A stretch of 64,000 nt of DNA from Tubulanus polymorphus (taxonomy: Eukaryota > Animalia > Nemertea), in assembly GCF_964204645.1 (NCBI RefSeq), contig NC_134025.1, forward strand, positions 8,060,001-8,124,000, read 5' to 3'. The position numbers and the translations under genes were made by a program. This document shows positions 33,822-47,329 of this stretch, in pieces (the first letter of the stretch is position 1; every line of letters begins with the position of its first letter). The notes beneath the pieces were generated by a model. It saw only the letters and a program-made list of their open reading frames with translations, made no database searches and had not been told where the DNA came from.

Positions 33822-36800
33822 TCAAGACATAAACTGAAAACTTCCAGGACTGCTACACGCGGAAGAATTACTTAGGTCATCACCAGTAGAGTCGCTCTTA
33901 ACGCTCGGGCTGCGGCTACTCACGCCCGATGAGCCCAACGAGTCGTCATCAGGACGTTTACCATCGATGAACATTTCTAGGAACATCGGTGGTATTTCGA
34001 CGGTACTGTCAAGTTTCGTGCACAACATCCGTTCAGCGTGTCTCGTGCTGATAGTCCTTAGATCGGTGACTTTCATAAGGATTTTTGCCCAATGAACTGG
34101 CTGCTGGGGACGATGTGTAGCGATGTAACGTTTAAACGCACCGAGTATGGCATCTTGTAATTTTTCCACCGATTCCGAATCCCTCAACCCGCTTCTATCT
34201 AATAGAAAATAGGCAAAATTTAGTTTTATTCGTCTTAAATTTCTTCTTAGATAGATCGAAGTTCGCCATAAATATGAAATTATAATACATGTATCGATTT
34301 ACTTACCTGATTGCATGAGTAAAACAGCAGCTAATAAGGATATTTCTTTATGGTCAAGTTTTAACTTTGAAAGGCCGACGGCAAAATCAAATATGGGCTC
34401 TATTAGATAACCAAGCCCACCAACGGATACTTGGTTTCTGGTCAGCAGAATTCCGTTATGCATAACTAGTGCCTGGTGTTCCGAGTCATACCGGCAAGCC
34501 ACTCGTAGACACATTATTTCCAAACAACAAGATTTCAATAACATAATCTGGTCTTCGACGATCAACTGAAATTAATAGAAAAATTCCTTTTGAATTTTGT
34601 TTCGATATACCGACGGTAAATAATGTTTAACTTCCTTCTAGAGGTTGCGAACTTACGTCTATAAATCCAGGGACTAGCTTAGCAAACTCGACAACTTTCA
34701 CAATGGACGGGGTCATTATTTTTGCAAGCTGAACCCAAGCTTCGTTGTTTATATGGTCATTATGTCCATGTTTTTCAATATATGGAGGCTGGAATTAACC
34801 ACAAAATTATAAGTGAGAACTGATTCAAAAGATGCGAGAGATCAATACATGAAAAACTTCAGAAAAAGATAGTTACCAGTGATGGCGATACATTTGTGCA
34901 TTCGTCAATGCGAGACGTGGAGGCGTAAGCGTTGACAATATCATTTACGATTTGTATATCTTCTAAAGATAAACTGTCGTGCGTGCAGCCCTCGTTGTGA
35001 CTATGCTTCGACATTTTGGCAGTGGTACTTTCAGTTTTGCGTCGTTCCCGGTTATCTTCGATAAGCTTTCGTTTAGCGACTCTCTGTTTCTCGTTCAAAA
35101 CGACTGGAATGGGAAAGACCGTACCGTAACATTTTAAAAAGCGCAGAAAAAATGATTTCCTATGATGCGCGCATATAGCCGGCCGTGTTACGTTAATCAT
35201 CCTATCCTTCCAGTTAAGACTAGACCTCTTCAAGTCAGATCTACTACTTACGATCAGTGGCCATTCCAGCTTTGAGACATTTGATGAAACGACACTGTTG
35301 GCACTGGTTTCTAGAGTTCTTGTCAATATAACAATTTCCATTCCATTTACAATTGTATTGCAGATTTTTCTGTATCGTTCGACGAAAAAATCCCTATGTT
35401 CATCAAAAAAGGAACTTCTCATAACAACTGGTTTATCGCATATGCTTTAATGATAATTGGATATATTTATATACCTTGCAGCCTTCACATGTCATACATC
35501 GATAATGATAGCCAGTGGCTGCATCCGCACAGACCGCACACGGTTCAGGTCCATTTGTCAAATCCATGTAACTCGGTATATAAGGCGCTGAAATATGAAA
35601 ATGAATAAATTTTATTGGGTAAATTTTAACAAAATGAAATGATTACACGAGAACCTTCCTATCCATATTCGGAAATTCACTATCATTGAATATATAAAAC
35701 TGGTTGTTAGTGGTGACCTTTTTGAAAAATCTAGTTTTGATCTAGTCCAAATTCATAATTCAATCGAGCGTCATTTGAGGTATGTGACACAAATAAAATC
35801 TCTTCGAATAAAAGAGGCGAACCGTGAAATTGTACCTAACATATGATGGGCATCTGCAACCCGTTGGGGATAGGAAAATGACATCGAACTTAAAATGCCA
35901 GAAATGTGTATATAATAGGATTTTCCACATGAGAGCCATTTTTATTGCCACAGATTGCGAATGTTTTGATCTGACCTTATCTAAGTCTACCTATTATAGA
36001 TATTTATAAATGATTTTTGTACCAGTTTAGGCAGATTTGTTATTGAACTTTGGATAATAAATAGTTTGTTTTGAATCCCGCATTCTTGTTGACCCAGTGA
36101 ATAATAAATAATCTGGGTCACAAAGATTAACCGCTTTTTGTTTGATCAGACTAGCCACTATAATATTTCACTTAGTGCATAGAAACAACCGATTAAGTCT
36201 TTCTCTATATCCCTATTGTAATGTCAGGCATCGCTATAGATTTTTCTTCATAATTCATTAATCGCAGCAAGCATACATTTCACTATCTTTACGAATTTAT
36301 TTTGATTTTCAATACATCTAATTTTTTCGCTGATCTAACCATTCGTAATTTGGTGAACATCTTTGATAGCGCCGAAAACAATTTTTGAGAGATCCGATGG
36401 AGTCTGATCAACTAACAATCATTAAACGATGATATCTCAACGATGATTGTTCGTCGGTCTGATACGTCTACGACTTGCGTCGGTCGGCTATTTGTAATCA
36501 CATACCGGGTGTATCTGTTTACAGTTTTTACCGGTTCCCGATAATGAATTCCAAGAACTCACAAATACTGTTATTCACGTCCAGAATTATTATGTAACAT
36601 GCTCACACTGACCTTGACCGATTTGTCATGGTACTGTAAGAGCGATCTATATGGCCCAACGCAAATACTATCTCATCTAATCCGAGAGTATAATATTCCA
36701 TCGATCTACAACCAAATTTTCATCAAGAATTGTGAATGCATTCACAAACACATAGATTTTCAGTTATGAACTGTTAAATGGGTATTTAGACAGAAACAAT

Positions 36801-39236
36801 GCACTTATACATTCAAAACCAAAAATAACCAAATCTATTGCCACAATACCACAACTCATCATCAAAGGAGCACTTTTCCAAATTGAATTGAGTGATTGTG
36901 GTAGGATGCATACAGATGGGGCTCTACGGGACACGTGTGCGGCTTTGGTTGGTTTGTCTTTTGTTTCGATAAATGATAAATATGGAAACAGTTGAATGGC
37001 AACCCAGCAGAATGAATCGGTAATGCACATTGGACGTTTCACCACGAAATATAATTAGAGCGTATTACATAACCTTTAGACCAAGTTTCCCCATCGGGGA
37101 ACTGTGGAATGGGTGTCCAGTGAGGCAGGTGTGGCTATCCCAACAATGGCGCTATATAGGTGAACATTAAATGTTTAGTTTTGAATGCATGAATAAATTC
37201 GATGTATGCTGAATGTTTTATTTATGAATTTATTATTTACTTAGAAGACTTAAATGTGAAAAAAAATTTTCATAGAGAGTATATGAGAACATATTTCAAA
37301 ATGGAGCGTTCATTTGCCCTCCTTCATCCACAGCAGTCATCGAGTTCTGAAATAACCCACCAGCCGTGTTGTTACGTAATAGCTTGGTCTAGTCAGTAGT
37401 GGACTTTATACGTTCGGTGCAATTACGTAATCGTGATTAGCAGTAGCATACGTAAATTTTCCAACCTTAGAATAATCAGTACACTTCCCTGGAATAATCA
37501 TCCAGTCAGAATGATTACTCCAAGTTCCAATGACTCGCATTTCGTAAGCACGGATTGAATTATCTGACACACATTTGCGATTCTGAAAAAAAATTCTGCA
37601 TGGATTTCAGTTGGTTCCGATCCGGACACTCTAACTGAAAATAATTCGGATCGTTTACTATCGGGACGCAGATATATACGTCGCCCAACCGGTCGTCCAT
37701 AGCCCCGGGCATTTAAAAGGTCGCAGTTAGGTCTCCCGGAGTACTACTCGCGTCGACGGCTAACATTCGCAATATGTTACGTAATTCAAAAGAGAAGACG
37801 ACAGGTGTGAGGGAACAACGCTGTCCCGAGCACGAGGCCTACTTGGTAATGACGCGCGGTCGGATCTCATGGGTTAAAAATAATTCAATGGGCGCTTATT
37901 TTCACCGGCTTTTCATCATTAATGCACGTGGATTTTAATTCGTAGTGGTTTGATTGTGCATGGAGCCGTGCAACAAATTGCATCACATAATTTTCAAGAA
38001 TAACCGCCCCAGATATTGAGGTCGTCCACAGAAAGCCATTTATGAGTTATCCGCCGAAGGCAAAGACGAAAGATGTATTCATATTTTCCAGAAAACCTGC
38101 ATTACTCTTACAGATTTTTAATTCGATGAAAAAAGCAATTTTTAAGAAGACCGTTTATGTGTCAGACCGTTATATTGTGTCATATTAAACAGTTGACCCA
38201 CCATGGCGTGAATGATGATTAAGTGATTGGGTGGGGAGAAAGGACAACAGTCGATCGAGCGTACTCATTTTTTGCTTAGGTACCACCGCCACAAGACCCA
38301 GTTTGAAAATATACTAAGAAGCCATGAACAGATGTGCTAGCCAAAAATACTAACTTCATTTCTATTACATCACGTTACGTGTTCTTAGATGCGTGTCCTC
38401 GTTAATCTCAGACCGCTTTATAAAAACCTGCACAATTGAGACCGCCTTATCCCGAAGCGGATTTAACGCGAACAATAGAAAATTAGTTGATTAAAAGGGA
38501 CGAATTTATTGTACACGCGTAACACGTACGAGCCCCACGAATACTTGCAAAAAAATTGCATGAGTTCATCAAATATTTGTTGATACGTATGAACATCGCA
38601 AAATGGCATCTATACATATAGAATTTGATTTGTTAAAATCTCTTTAAGCTTCATCAAGTGAATGAGACTCATTCACCTGAAGAAGCTTACATTAGTAGCG
38701 AAAGCTCGTGCGTCAAATAAATAGTTAACCTATATAGTACTACTCGTCTCGTTACTTATTTTAAACCAGGTTAACACGGCTATTCTACGAATATTAAAAC
38801 CTCTTGTGCACGTAGATATAGTGCACGTATATAGTCGCCGATTATTCAAACGTTTTAGATATTCTGCGCGTATGCAGATATAGTACAGACTCCCTTAACC
38901 GTAGAAAGTTTGTTAGATATCTAACACACAGATATGTCTCATTCAATTTTTTTGATTTGAATATTCTTCGGTACTAAAATGAACGCCTATAAATCTATAG
39001 CACCCGGACAAAATCGAATCAAATCTAAGAAAATCAAAGTAAAAAACCCTTGAATCAGTTAAATGGAAACCGATTTGTTTGTATCTGGTTCGACGAGGAA
39101 GCTCGAAGTAACAGATCTGAAATGACTGATAGAATTATTATATATCTTTTAAATGTTTAGAATTACTCTACGTACCTTTTAAGCTTTTTTTCGGTGTGTT
39201 TGCATTTTTACCAGTTTCGTCGTTGTTTTTCGACAT
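33822..39236 (-). CDS. THR: Thyroid hormone receptor (NR1A)
   Basis: [20 protein letters not shown]|[38 protein letters not shown]|[11 protein letters not shown]...CLKAGMATD|[23 protein letters not shown]; [56 protein letters not shown]-2 PPMFLEMF. Confidence 0.96.
36589..37930. promoter_or_regulatory. Cluster of PAR-bZIP/E4BP4 D-boxes (RTTAYGTAAY) and E-boxes in THR intron 1
   Basis: D-boxes at 36589, 37064 (reverse), 37371, 37422 and 37776; CACGTG at 36932 and 37925. Confidence 0.55.
38646..38795 (+). mobile_element. Hammerhead-bearing short element, copy B (THR intron; short inverted arm)
   Basis: aagcttcatcaagtgaatgag is inverted against ctcattcac-CTGAAGA-agcttacattagtagc-GAAA-gc-TC-gtg (38674-38710), with the same 3' tail as copies A and C. 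Confidence 0.82.
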
Positions 39237-40409
39237 CGTCGTTTTAATGCAAACAACAACTCCCTAAATAGTTCACAAGAGTTCACCAGCAAATGTCTTT
39301 TCTAAATATTCTATTGCAAAATGATTCTGGATGTGATTTCGCGTTTCAAACGTTTATGGTAAATTTTGAACATTAGGTCGCAGCCGGCTCACGTCACCCT
39401 CGCCCAACCGATAATACGATAGGGACATTAGCGAGTATGTAAATTGACCTGGCTGTGAGTTAAACAAGAGCAAGATCTTACGTAACCCTGACCCAGTGCG
39501 TATAAAGCCGATAAATGGACACTGGTCAGCAGGGGTGGTAGGTGGGGATTCACAAATCCGACGCGTACAAAGGTTAAATTTGACCTCTGGTCACCATATC
39601 GATTTGCATGTTCGGGCAAAAGATGAAATATAACAGTTTATCCTTAATGTTCATATTTGATGCACTGGTCACATCGACTTCTTAGAGGTCAATGGACAAA
39701 CCACAGCTTGACCAAGTTGACCACGGCAGCAGCTTGGATTGTTAAACTTGTCCGAAATAACCTGTGCGCGGCCGAAGATCAATGGCAACATATTATACAT
39801 GTATATTTAGTTCAGGGAAAATGTCGGTCATATCGAAAAATCTTTATACTTAGGAAATACCTTTATTTCATACGCATATATTTCAATTTCATGAATCCAA
39901 AAAATATTGTGAAAATAATCACGGCGATGATACAGTGTATGTAATGTATTTCATCATTATTGATGGTCAAGGATCATTTTATATACGTATCTATATCAAT
40001 TTATTTCTATCCTCGTAACATTCTTTCATTTCGCAAATTGACTAATTGCGTAAAATACAGCGAATCGAGAAAAATATAAAAACTGTCACTTGGCGATAAC
40101 CCGACATACAGCGAATATCATCCAAGGGATGATATTATCATGGACTCTAGACTAGAGCTCATTATATTACCCATATTAACATTTGACGACGCGGTAAAAA
40201 GTAAGCAGAGTGATTCAGATCAGTAATACGAAGAAAACGTTGTCATAATATACAAGTACTGACATATACAATTAGCCAACGCCCTTTATGGACACCCTCG
40301 CACATCACATTCATGACATAATACGCATAGAACATAAAACATGTATTTACCAAACCATTTATTGCATACATTATTGAAATGTTTAGCACGCAAGCTATTT
40401 CGAGAAACA

Positions 40410-40445
40410 GGGATTTCCCGTGACCTTTAGAAATAGGGAAAACCT
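40410..40445 (+). promoter_or_regulatory. Two NF-kB (kB) sites upstream of the IkB-like gene
   Basis: GGGATTTCCC at 40410-40419 (perfect consensus) and GGGAAAACCT at 40436-40445, 50-80 bp before the ATG. Confidence 0.7.
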
Positions 40446-40492
40446 TTCATGAATTCAAAATCTGCCATTTTGTTGGAATAGTTCCATTGGAA

Positions 40493-41832
40493 ATGACGAT
40501 ACAACACATAATGCACGGTCGCCGAGTTCGTGGTAAACTGACGAAGAATCAACTGGAAGAAGCGGCCTGCTCTGATGCCTGTCGCTCAGCACAAGACCGC
40601 GGCAGTAATAGCGCGATTCTGAATAGGTCACGCAGAAATGACATCAGGTATATGCTCAGTACTTCGTACGATTATCGAAAGAAAGGCCAGTGACTTAGCA
40701 AAATAGAGTTTAATGATATTCATAATTAATCAATTTATTCACTCATTTTAATATATCGGATCAATCCCAACGAAATATACATACATGAATACATATAATA
40801 TACTTTCATTTCAACAGTTTGAATGTCGAAGAAATTACGGAATCGTTTCTACAGAATGTGAACATACGTTCGGACCCTCGAAAAGAATCTTGGCCGTTGA
40901 GTCGCGAGTTTAAGGAAAGTTTCGAGAGCGGGAAATGGCCTGAAGGAATTGATGACATGGGTTATGATACATGTTCGGGTAGCTATTCCAGCGACCCTAG
41001 TTGCGACAGTGGTGTAGATATTCGAAAAGTAAACTCCTGGCTCCTTACGCCGGCGAAGCCAATGAAGAGGATAGGAAATCTCAACATATGCCCTGCACTT
41101 TTAGAGAAACTACAAAGTGATAGATTGACAATCGATTTTCAAACGCTTGAACTATTCTTAGGCGATGCGGATCTTGAAAATAAGTTACATGAAGCAGTGA
41201 TGAATTCGAACATCGTTGAGTTCAGGGCAATAGTCAACAGAGCGCCGAAACCATACTTTTTGGATGCTATGACCAGTGCGGCGCATACTGCTTTGCACTT
41301 GTGCGCGTTTGCTGGTCAATTAGAAATGGCGCGGATTCTCCGCGAGGCAGGAGCTGATGTAAACTTGGCCGATCGCATAGGCAATACACCACTTCACTAT
41401 TCCGTGAAGAACGGTGATGTTTGTATGGTGGCAGAACTTCTTCGTGGTTTCGAGAAAGATGCCAAAGATACGGCAAAACTATTGAACTGTTTTAACGACG
41501 AGGGTTACACAGTTGGTCATCTCGCGTGTTTGACCGGAAATGTTGAAATCGTCCGCATCCTCGTGTCATATTCTATGAAAACTTTCAACTCACGGGCCAA
41601 AAAGTCTGGTCAAACAGCTTTGCACATGGCCATCGTACGAAACGACCACGAGATGGTGCACATCCTGACAAATAATGGAGCAAATAGTGAGATTCCCGAT
41701 TACTGCGGCAACACGCCACTTTTAGTTGCGGCGCAGAATCGAAACAATGAAATGACGATGGCTCTTGTTAGGGCTGGGGCAGATCGTTCCGAATTGGAAC
41801 AAGGGTTATATGACATGGATATTGATTCATAA
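40493..41832 (+). CDS. IkB/cactus-like ankyrin repeat protein (2 exons)
   Basis: Exon 1 40493-40647 splices in phase to 40818. Ser-rich SYSSDPSCDSGVD degron-like segment, about six ankyrin repeats (TALHL, GNTPLH, GYTVGHLA, GQTALHMA, GNTPL), an acidic tail and upstream kB sites. Confidence 0.75.
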
Positions 41833-43479
41833 ATATAGTTTTGACACAACGTTCTATTCGTTTTACCTGATGCTTGGAATAAACGTCTGGGTGACTGATT
41901 TCAGGTTACGTGTAATATGTACCGTATATACATTTTATTATACGTTCCCAAATTTTATGAAAATAAAACGTTTCATGCTTCTGTCCTTAATACACACAAT
42001 AGCAGTGGAACCCCCTTGATTGACTCTTTTTTCGTTTACAACTAGAGACTTTAGAGATAGTGTCTATTCATAAATTTTGATATGAATGGATTGCTCGATT
42101 CCCGGGGACCGACGAAAACGAAATAATCATAGTACGAACCCTGGGAATCCAAGAGAACTCGCGACTAGTTCCTTGTTGTGACAAACAATACATCCTGGTT
42201 GGCGAATTGATAAAATACACGGTATCTACGGGTTTCCCAAGATATCATAAAACATTTTCCAATCTGTACCTTGTTACATGTTGTCAAGTGTACGTCAAAA
42301 ATGATTTAGCTAACTATAATCATTGATCGTAAATGGGAATATACACGTACGTATATAAATCAGATCTCTATCATACTGGACGAATGAATTCACGAGCAAG
42401 AAAACATCCTTTCCTCTTGAAGCAGTGGAATATTCTTTGAAGAAACATTAGTAGCCGATCTCGCATTGACAAAATGGCAATCCACGCAATCCAAGACAAC
42501 AATCAAATTAGAAATATCAACCGATGACACTAGTATAATGTACATATACACATACTTTATTAACATGAACTTGCTGTAAAACAAATTTATAATAATCTTT
42601 GACAAACAAAACAAATCTTAGAACTCTCAACCGCAAAATCGTGGATGAAGGTAATCAGGTTTGAACCAAAGACTCCGCCTAGTTGTCATGGACATCCAAA
42701 CTACTCCAACACGTCTATATGGAGGCTCACAGCGGGATATACCAGTCGTAAAGCAACAAGTACGTGAAGTCACAGTTGCGACTCGACCCCATTTAAAACG
42801 ACCAGCATCACGCACATGAACTCAGCACGTGACAAGGGTGCAAAAATCTCGAAGGGTCCCTGAATCATTCACATCATCAAACTTGGTTTTGATTCTGACA
42901 AAATACCTCTCTAGTAACCGCCAATTATACAGGGCGACACATTTTCCGATGCTCGTGACATCAATTAACTTTACTCAACAATAGAATAAAAAGTTCACCC
43001 TAAAACTATAGGCCTGTCTGTAGAATATTTTAACAATACAAAGCAGAGAAATGAATTCAAAGTGCATGTTCCACAAAACATACGCAGTATAACCATAAAT
43101 ATATAGGGCATTACATTGTGCCGTCTTCGCGATTTTTTATGTGAAAAATCTGCTCATCAATATATGTCGCAACAGCTGGCTCTACGGATCTTACAGAGAC
43201 AGGGAAATCCGCAAAGATATTTTCAAACAGATGTACACACATATAAATAGATAGTATATTCATCTTTAGTTTGCATAGAATGTATCGCACTCCAAGGTGA
43301 ACCTCGGTTAAGTTCAAAACAACCCAAGGCTGGTTGGAAAATCTGATCATAAAACTGTACAGACCCATTTTCAGGCGGCAGTATACAACTATATATCAAT
43401 AAATAAACTAATGGGAATTATCTTTAAAACGTTTGCAGAATAACATCTTTTTCCATATAACAAGACATACTGGAAGTAA

Positions 43480-43633
43480 TACAGTGGAACCAGCTTAATC
43501 ATTTGGGACCAACAAAATTCATCCGGTTTTCAAGAAATCCGGAATAAAAGTCATGTTCTGTATATGAATGAACAAATCGACCGCAAATAATGTCTGGATT
43601 AGACCAAAATCCGCATTAAGCGGTTTAGCTGTA
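43480..43633. mobile_element. Degenerate Tc1/pogo(Tigger)-like MITE
   Basis: TA-cagtggaaccagcttaat ... attaagcggtttagctg-TA imperfect TIRs with TA flanks. Confidence 0.5.
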
Positions 43634-43915
43634 TTATCACAATAACTAATCTGTACATAAATTCTTAATGCACTGACTAGAAGGTACAAATTTCTTTCAA
43701 ATTTTACATTCGGTAATGGTAGAAACTACAACCGAATCTTTAAGTGAGACAGATACAGGTATTTTCAAAGGTGTGATTTTACAAGAACAGATTGCGCTTA
43801 AGTCAAATAATATTGGGACGGAAAAACCCGTACATTTTCATGAAGACGAATGTTCATTATAGCAATTCTTGCATAGAGGATATGTTATCACAGATTAAAA
43901 TAGATACCATCAATT

Positions 43916-46900
43916 CTAACTGGTAATGTTCAATAAAATTTGGTATTCATTCAAAAACGTAGCCTCGTCTTCTAACGTCAGATCTAAATACGAGTCTTCA
44001 TCCTCTGGGATATCTGGCACTATAGCATCCATGGCATCCTTCTCCTTTTGAATTTGCTCGGCAGTAAGTTCGGGTTCACTAGTACCTGGCTGTGAATCTA
44101 TTGGTATAACGAGAAAAAAATTAAAAATTATCATAGCCAATGCAAATGCACCGCATTGTTGGCAAAAACAATAATGAAAACTTATTCAATTTACCTGAAG
44201 AATGCAGTTGTAGGGGCAGAAATCCACCATTTCTGATTAACATGTCAATTGCTCTTTGGAGATTAGCATTTTCCAGTGACAGAGCTTCCCTAGCGAAAGC
44301 TGGGTTAAAACCCATACTGACAATCTAAAAGAGATATACAATATGAAACATTGAGTAAAATCAATCAAGTTAAAAAACAAACGAAATGTCACGTGTCTGT
44401 TGAACTGACCTGTTGTATCAAATTCTCAGAAATATGAGCTGGTCTTGGACTGGGATCTGGTAAGCTCAAAAGTTCAGGATGTTCTTGTAAAATCTGAAAT
44501 AGGGTCATAATGTGTTCAGTTTTATTTAACAACGATGAAAACAAAGTAGAGAGGCCTTAAAATGTATTAATCTAGACCAGATCATTGAATTTTCATGATT
44601 TTATAATCTCAGATATTCGAAATGAAATATACCCACCTCAATAGCGGTTGCCAGGTTATTGTTTCCCTGACGAAGTGCTTCTCGAGCGGATCCTTTCGGA
44701 AATCCCATCGATATAATCTGCTTGTAATGGCTTGAATTTACCCTAATCAAGGAGACAGAATTCAATCTTAAAGCAAGTGCTCTTATCAACTAGGCATATA
44801 TTCAAGACAACCAAAGATATACAAAAGGATCCTCTAACTGACCATTGTCCATTTGCAGTTTTACCGAGCATATGTGACAATTTTTTCTCTTCTTTTTCGA
44901 CTCTCTCTTTTTCGCGAAGCAGTTTCTTTTCCTAAAAAGTTACGATCTAACATTTATATCTCAACTCAACAACACCTCTACCACCTGTATCTGAGAAGTG
45001 AATTCACTTGCATGTTTTACCTACTTCTCGTCTCTTTATTATATGTTGAATCGCCGCATCAATGTTTCCTTGACATGCGCGTAAACCTAGTCGAGCGTTT
45101 TTCTCAGAAAATCCCATCATCATCACTGAAGACATAATTATCGAATATAATTTTTGAGCTTCCCCAAAATTCACTCAACTGAGACCAAAATATTATAAAG
45201 TTTATCTTAATCTGGACGAGTTCCATCCAGAATTAAATCCTTCAACATATCAATCAATACAAATCCATCGAAATTAGCGAACTAGGGCATTTTTAAAATT
45301 TACCGAGGCAATTTTCAGGATCCGAGGGGATTATGGGGATTTCAGGGCGAAGCTCAGAATTTTAGGGTATATTTCCCCTAAAATTTTGATTATCGGAATT
45401 TTAGGGTATTACGGACCCGTAGGAACCCTGTCATTTAATGGTATTCACCTTGATTCAATGAGTTTTCATCAATGAGTAACAATTGCAATTCCTGTTGCGC
45501 TTGAGCAAGAAGGCATCTTGCCTTCAGGAGACTTCCTTGGTAATACGCTAGGATTCCTTGAAGCAGATGCAATCGCATATATAAAGCCTGCTCATTGCCA
45601 GTAGTTCCCTGAAATAAATATTTCAGCAATCAAAAATAACATGTGCTCTCTCCAGATTTTTTCCATTTAAGAAATTCAACGTACCTTAACAACAGTCAAT
45701 CTTTCTAGATTAACTCCATAACTTTTGTGAAAGCAGTCCTCGCATGATTTCAACCGCGACTCAGCATCGGGAAGATCACTGATGTTTTTCAGGCAGAGGT
45801 AGCACCACACAATATCCAGACACAGAATGGCAAAATTATCAACAGCATTCAAGATATCAGATCTGCATTTTCTGAAAAAGATTGCAACAATAACACTAAA
45901 TTTCATATCAATTAACAGCAGATTTAAATCTTAGTGGTACCTACCGAAATTCTTTATCAGCTTCCAGTAGTAATAACAGAGCGAGACCATACTCCTTTCT
46001 CCTCAAGCTCGCTTTTCCTTTCTCATGCAATGTCATAGCTACGGCTAATGCCTGGAATAATAGCAGGATTCATCAGTTCTTTATCCATTGAATGTAAAAT
46101 GAAAATCTACAAGATTACTGGTAGTTTCCACACCTTACGTTCATCAGGAGGTAAATTGATTGGCTTTCCCGTTTGGTCAGCGATTTGCATGAAGTACTCC
46201 TCCTCTGGATCACCCTCATCTACAAGAAAGAAATCAAAACACATAACATGCCTAAATTAATTCATTTTTGTCAAAACATATCTTTATTTTCCCACAGTAT
46301 ATCAGTTTTTAAATAGGTCTAATAGAAATCCTACTTCTCTTTTTATTGGACAACAACTCTGCTGCAGCTTTAGTTTTTTGTACAGTGAACATGTCTTCTT
46401 CCTCTTGCCGCATTTCAACTTCTGATTCCGAAAGACAAATAGCCATCACTTGGGAATTATTCTGAAAGGTTAGAGAATTCAGTTTTAGTCAATAGGTGTG
46501 CTGTAGGCTAATAAAGATCAGATTCATGAATTACCAGTTACTTACCTTGATATGCTGTTCAGTCAAAGTAGAAGTCTCATCAATAACTTTACCACAACTT
46601 ATCAACTTCATTTTCAGGATGGCAATTCCTGACATATGTGATACACTATTTTTGAATTCATTTCCCCGAATGTTCAGGTTTGTTTCTATAATAATCCCAG
46701 TTTTCAGACCACTCTTCAACTAAAATATACAAGTACCAGTACACTAGGCGAATTTATCACGTCAAATTAAATTTGATCTTAAGTAAAATCGAATTCATCC
46801 TATTGTGCAAATCTTATTTGATTAGATTACACTTGACTAGCAAATTATGATTAGGAAAATCAAATCTGATTTGACAAGATAAATATGCCTAAATTGTTAT

Positions 46901-47329
46901 TCATAAAGCAGTTATCATTCGCTACGGTACCCATACATTATCTAGAAAAGCCTTTGATTTTTTACCTGTTCAGGTATGCATCCAACAAATTTTACACGTA
47001 ATGTTGCAACACCACTTTCTTGAAAACGATTCTTAGCAGCCAACTTTTCCAGAGCATGCTTCCTTAATTCTTCCAAGGCTAATAAAACTGTTCCTTCTGA
47101 GAGATTTAGTTCCTTTGCATAATTTTCAATCAAATCCTTATGGAATTAAAATGAATTTGTAGACAACAATCCAATTCATTAAAAAGCAGTACTACTGAAT
47201 ATCTTCTCTAGATAGACTTACCTTAGGTTCCTCTCCTTTGCTTCCATCAGTATTTGAGTAGGGCATTAACCAGAGCTTGATCTTATCCCGATTAAGTAAA
47301 GCCCTTAGGGCTTGATGTGCACCATCCAT
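43916..47329 (-). CDS. NUB1: NEDD8 ultimate buster 1 (UBL plus three UBA domains)
   Basis: DKIKLWLMPY, LEELRKHALEKL..SGVATLRVK, UBL KLISCGKVI, AVDNFAILCLDIVWCYLCL, CFHKSYGVNLERL, LYMRLHLLQGILAYY, UBA MGF motifs and C-terminal EDEDSYLDLTLEDEATFLNEY. Confidence 0.94.
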
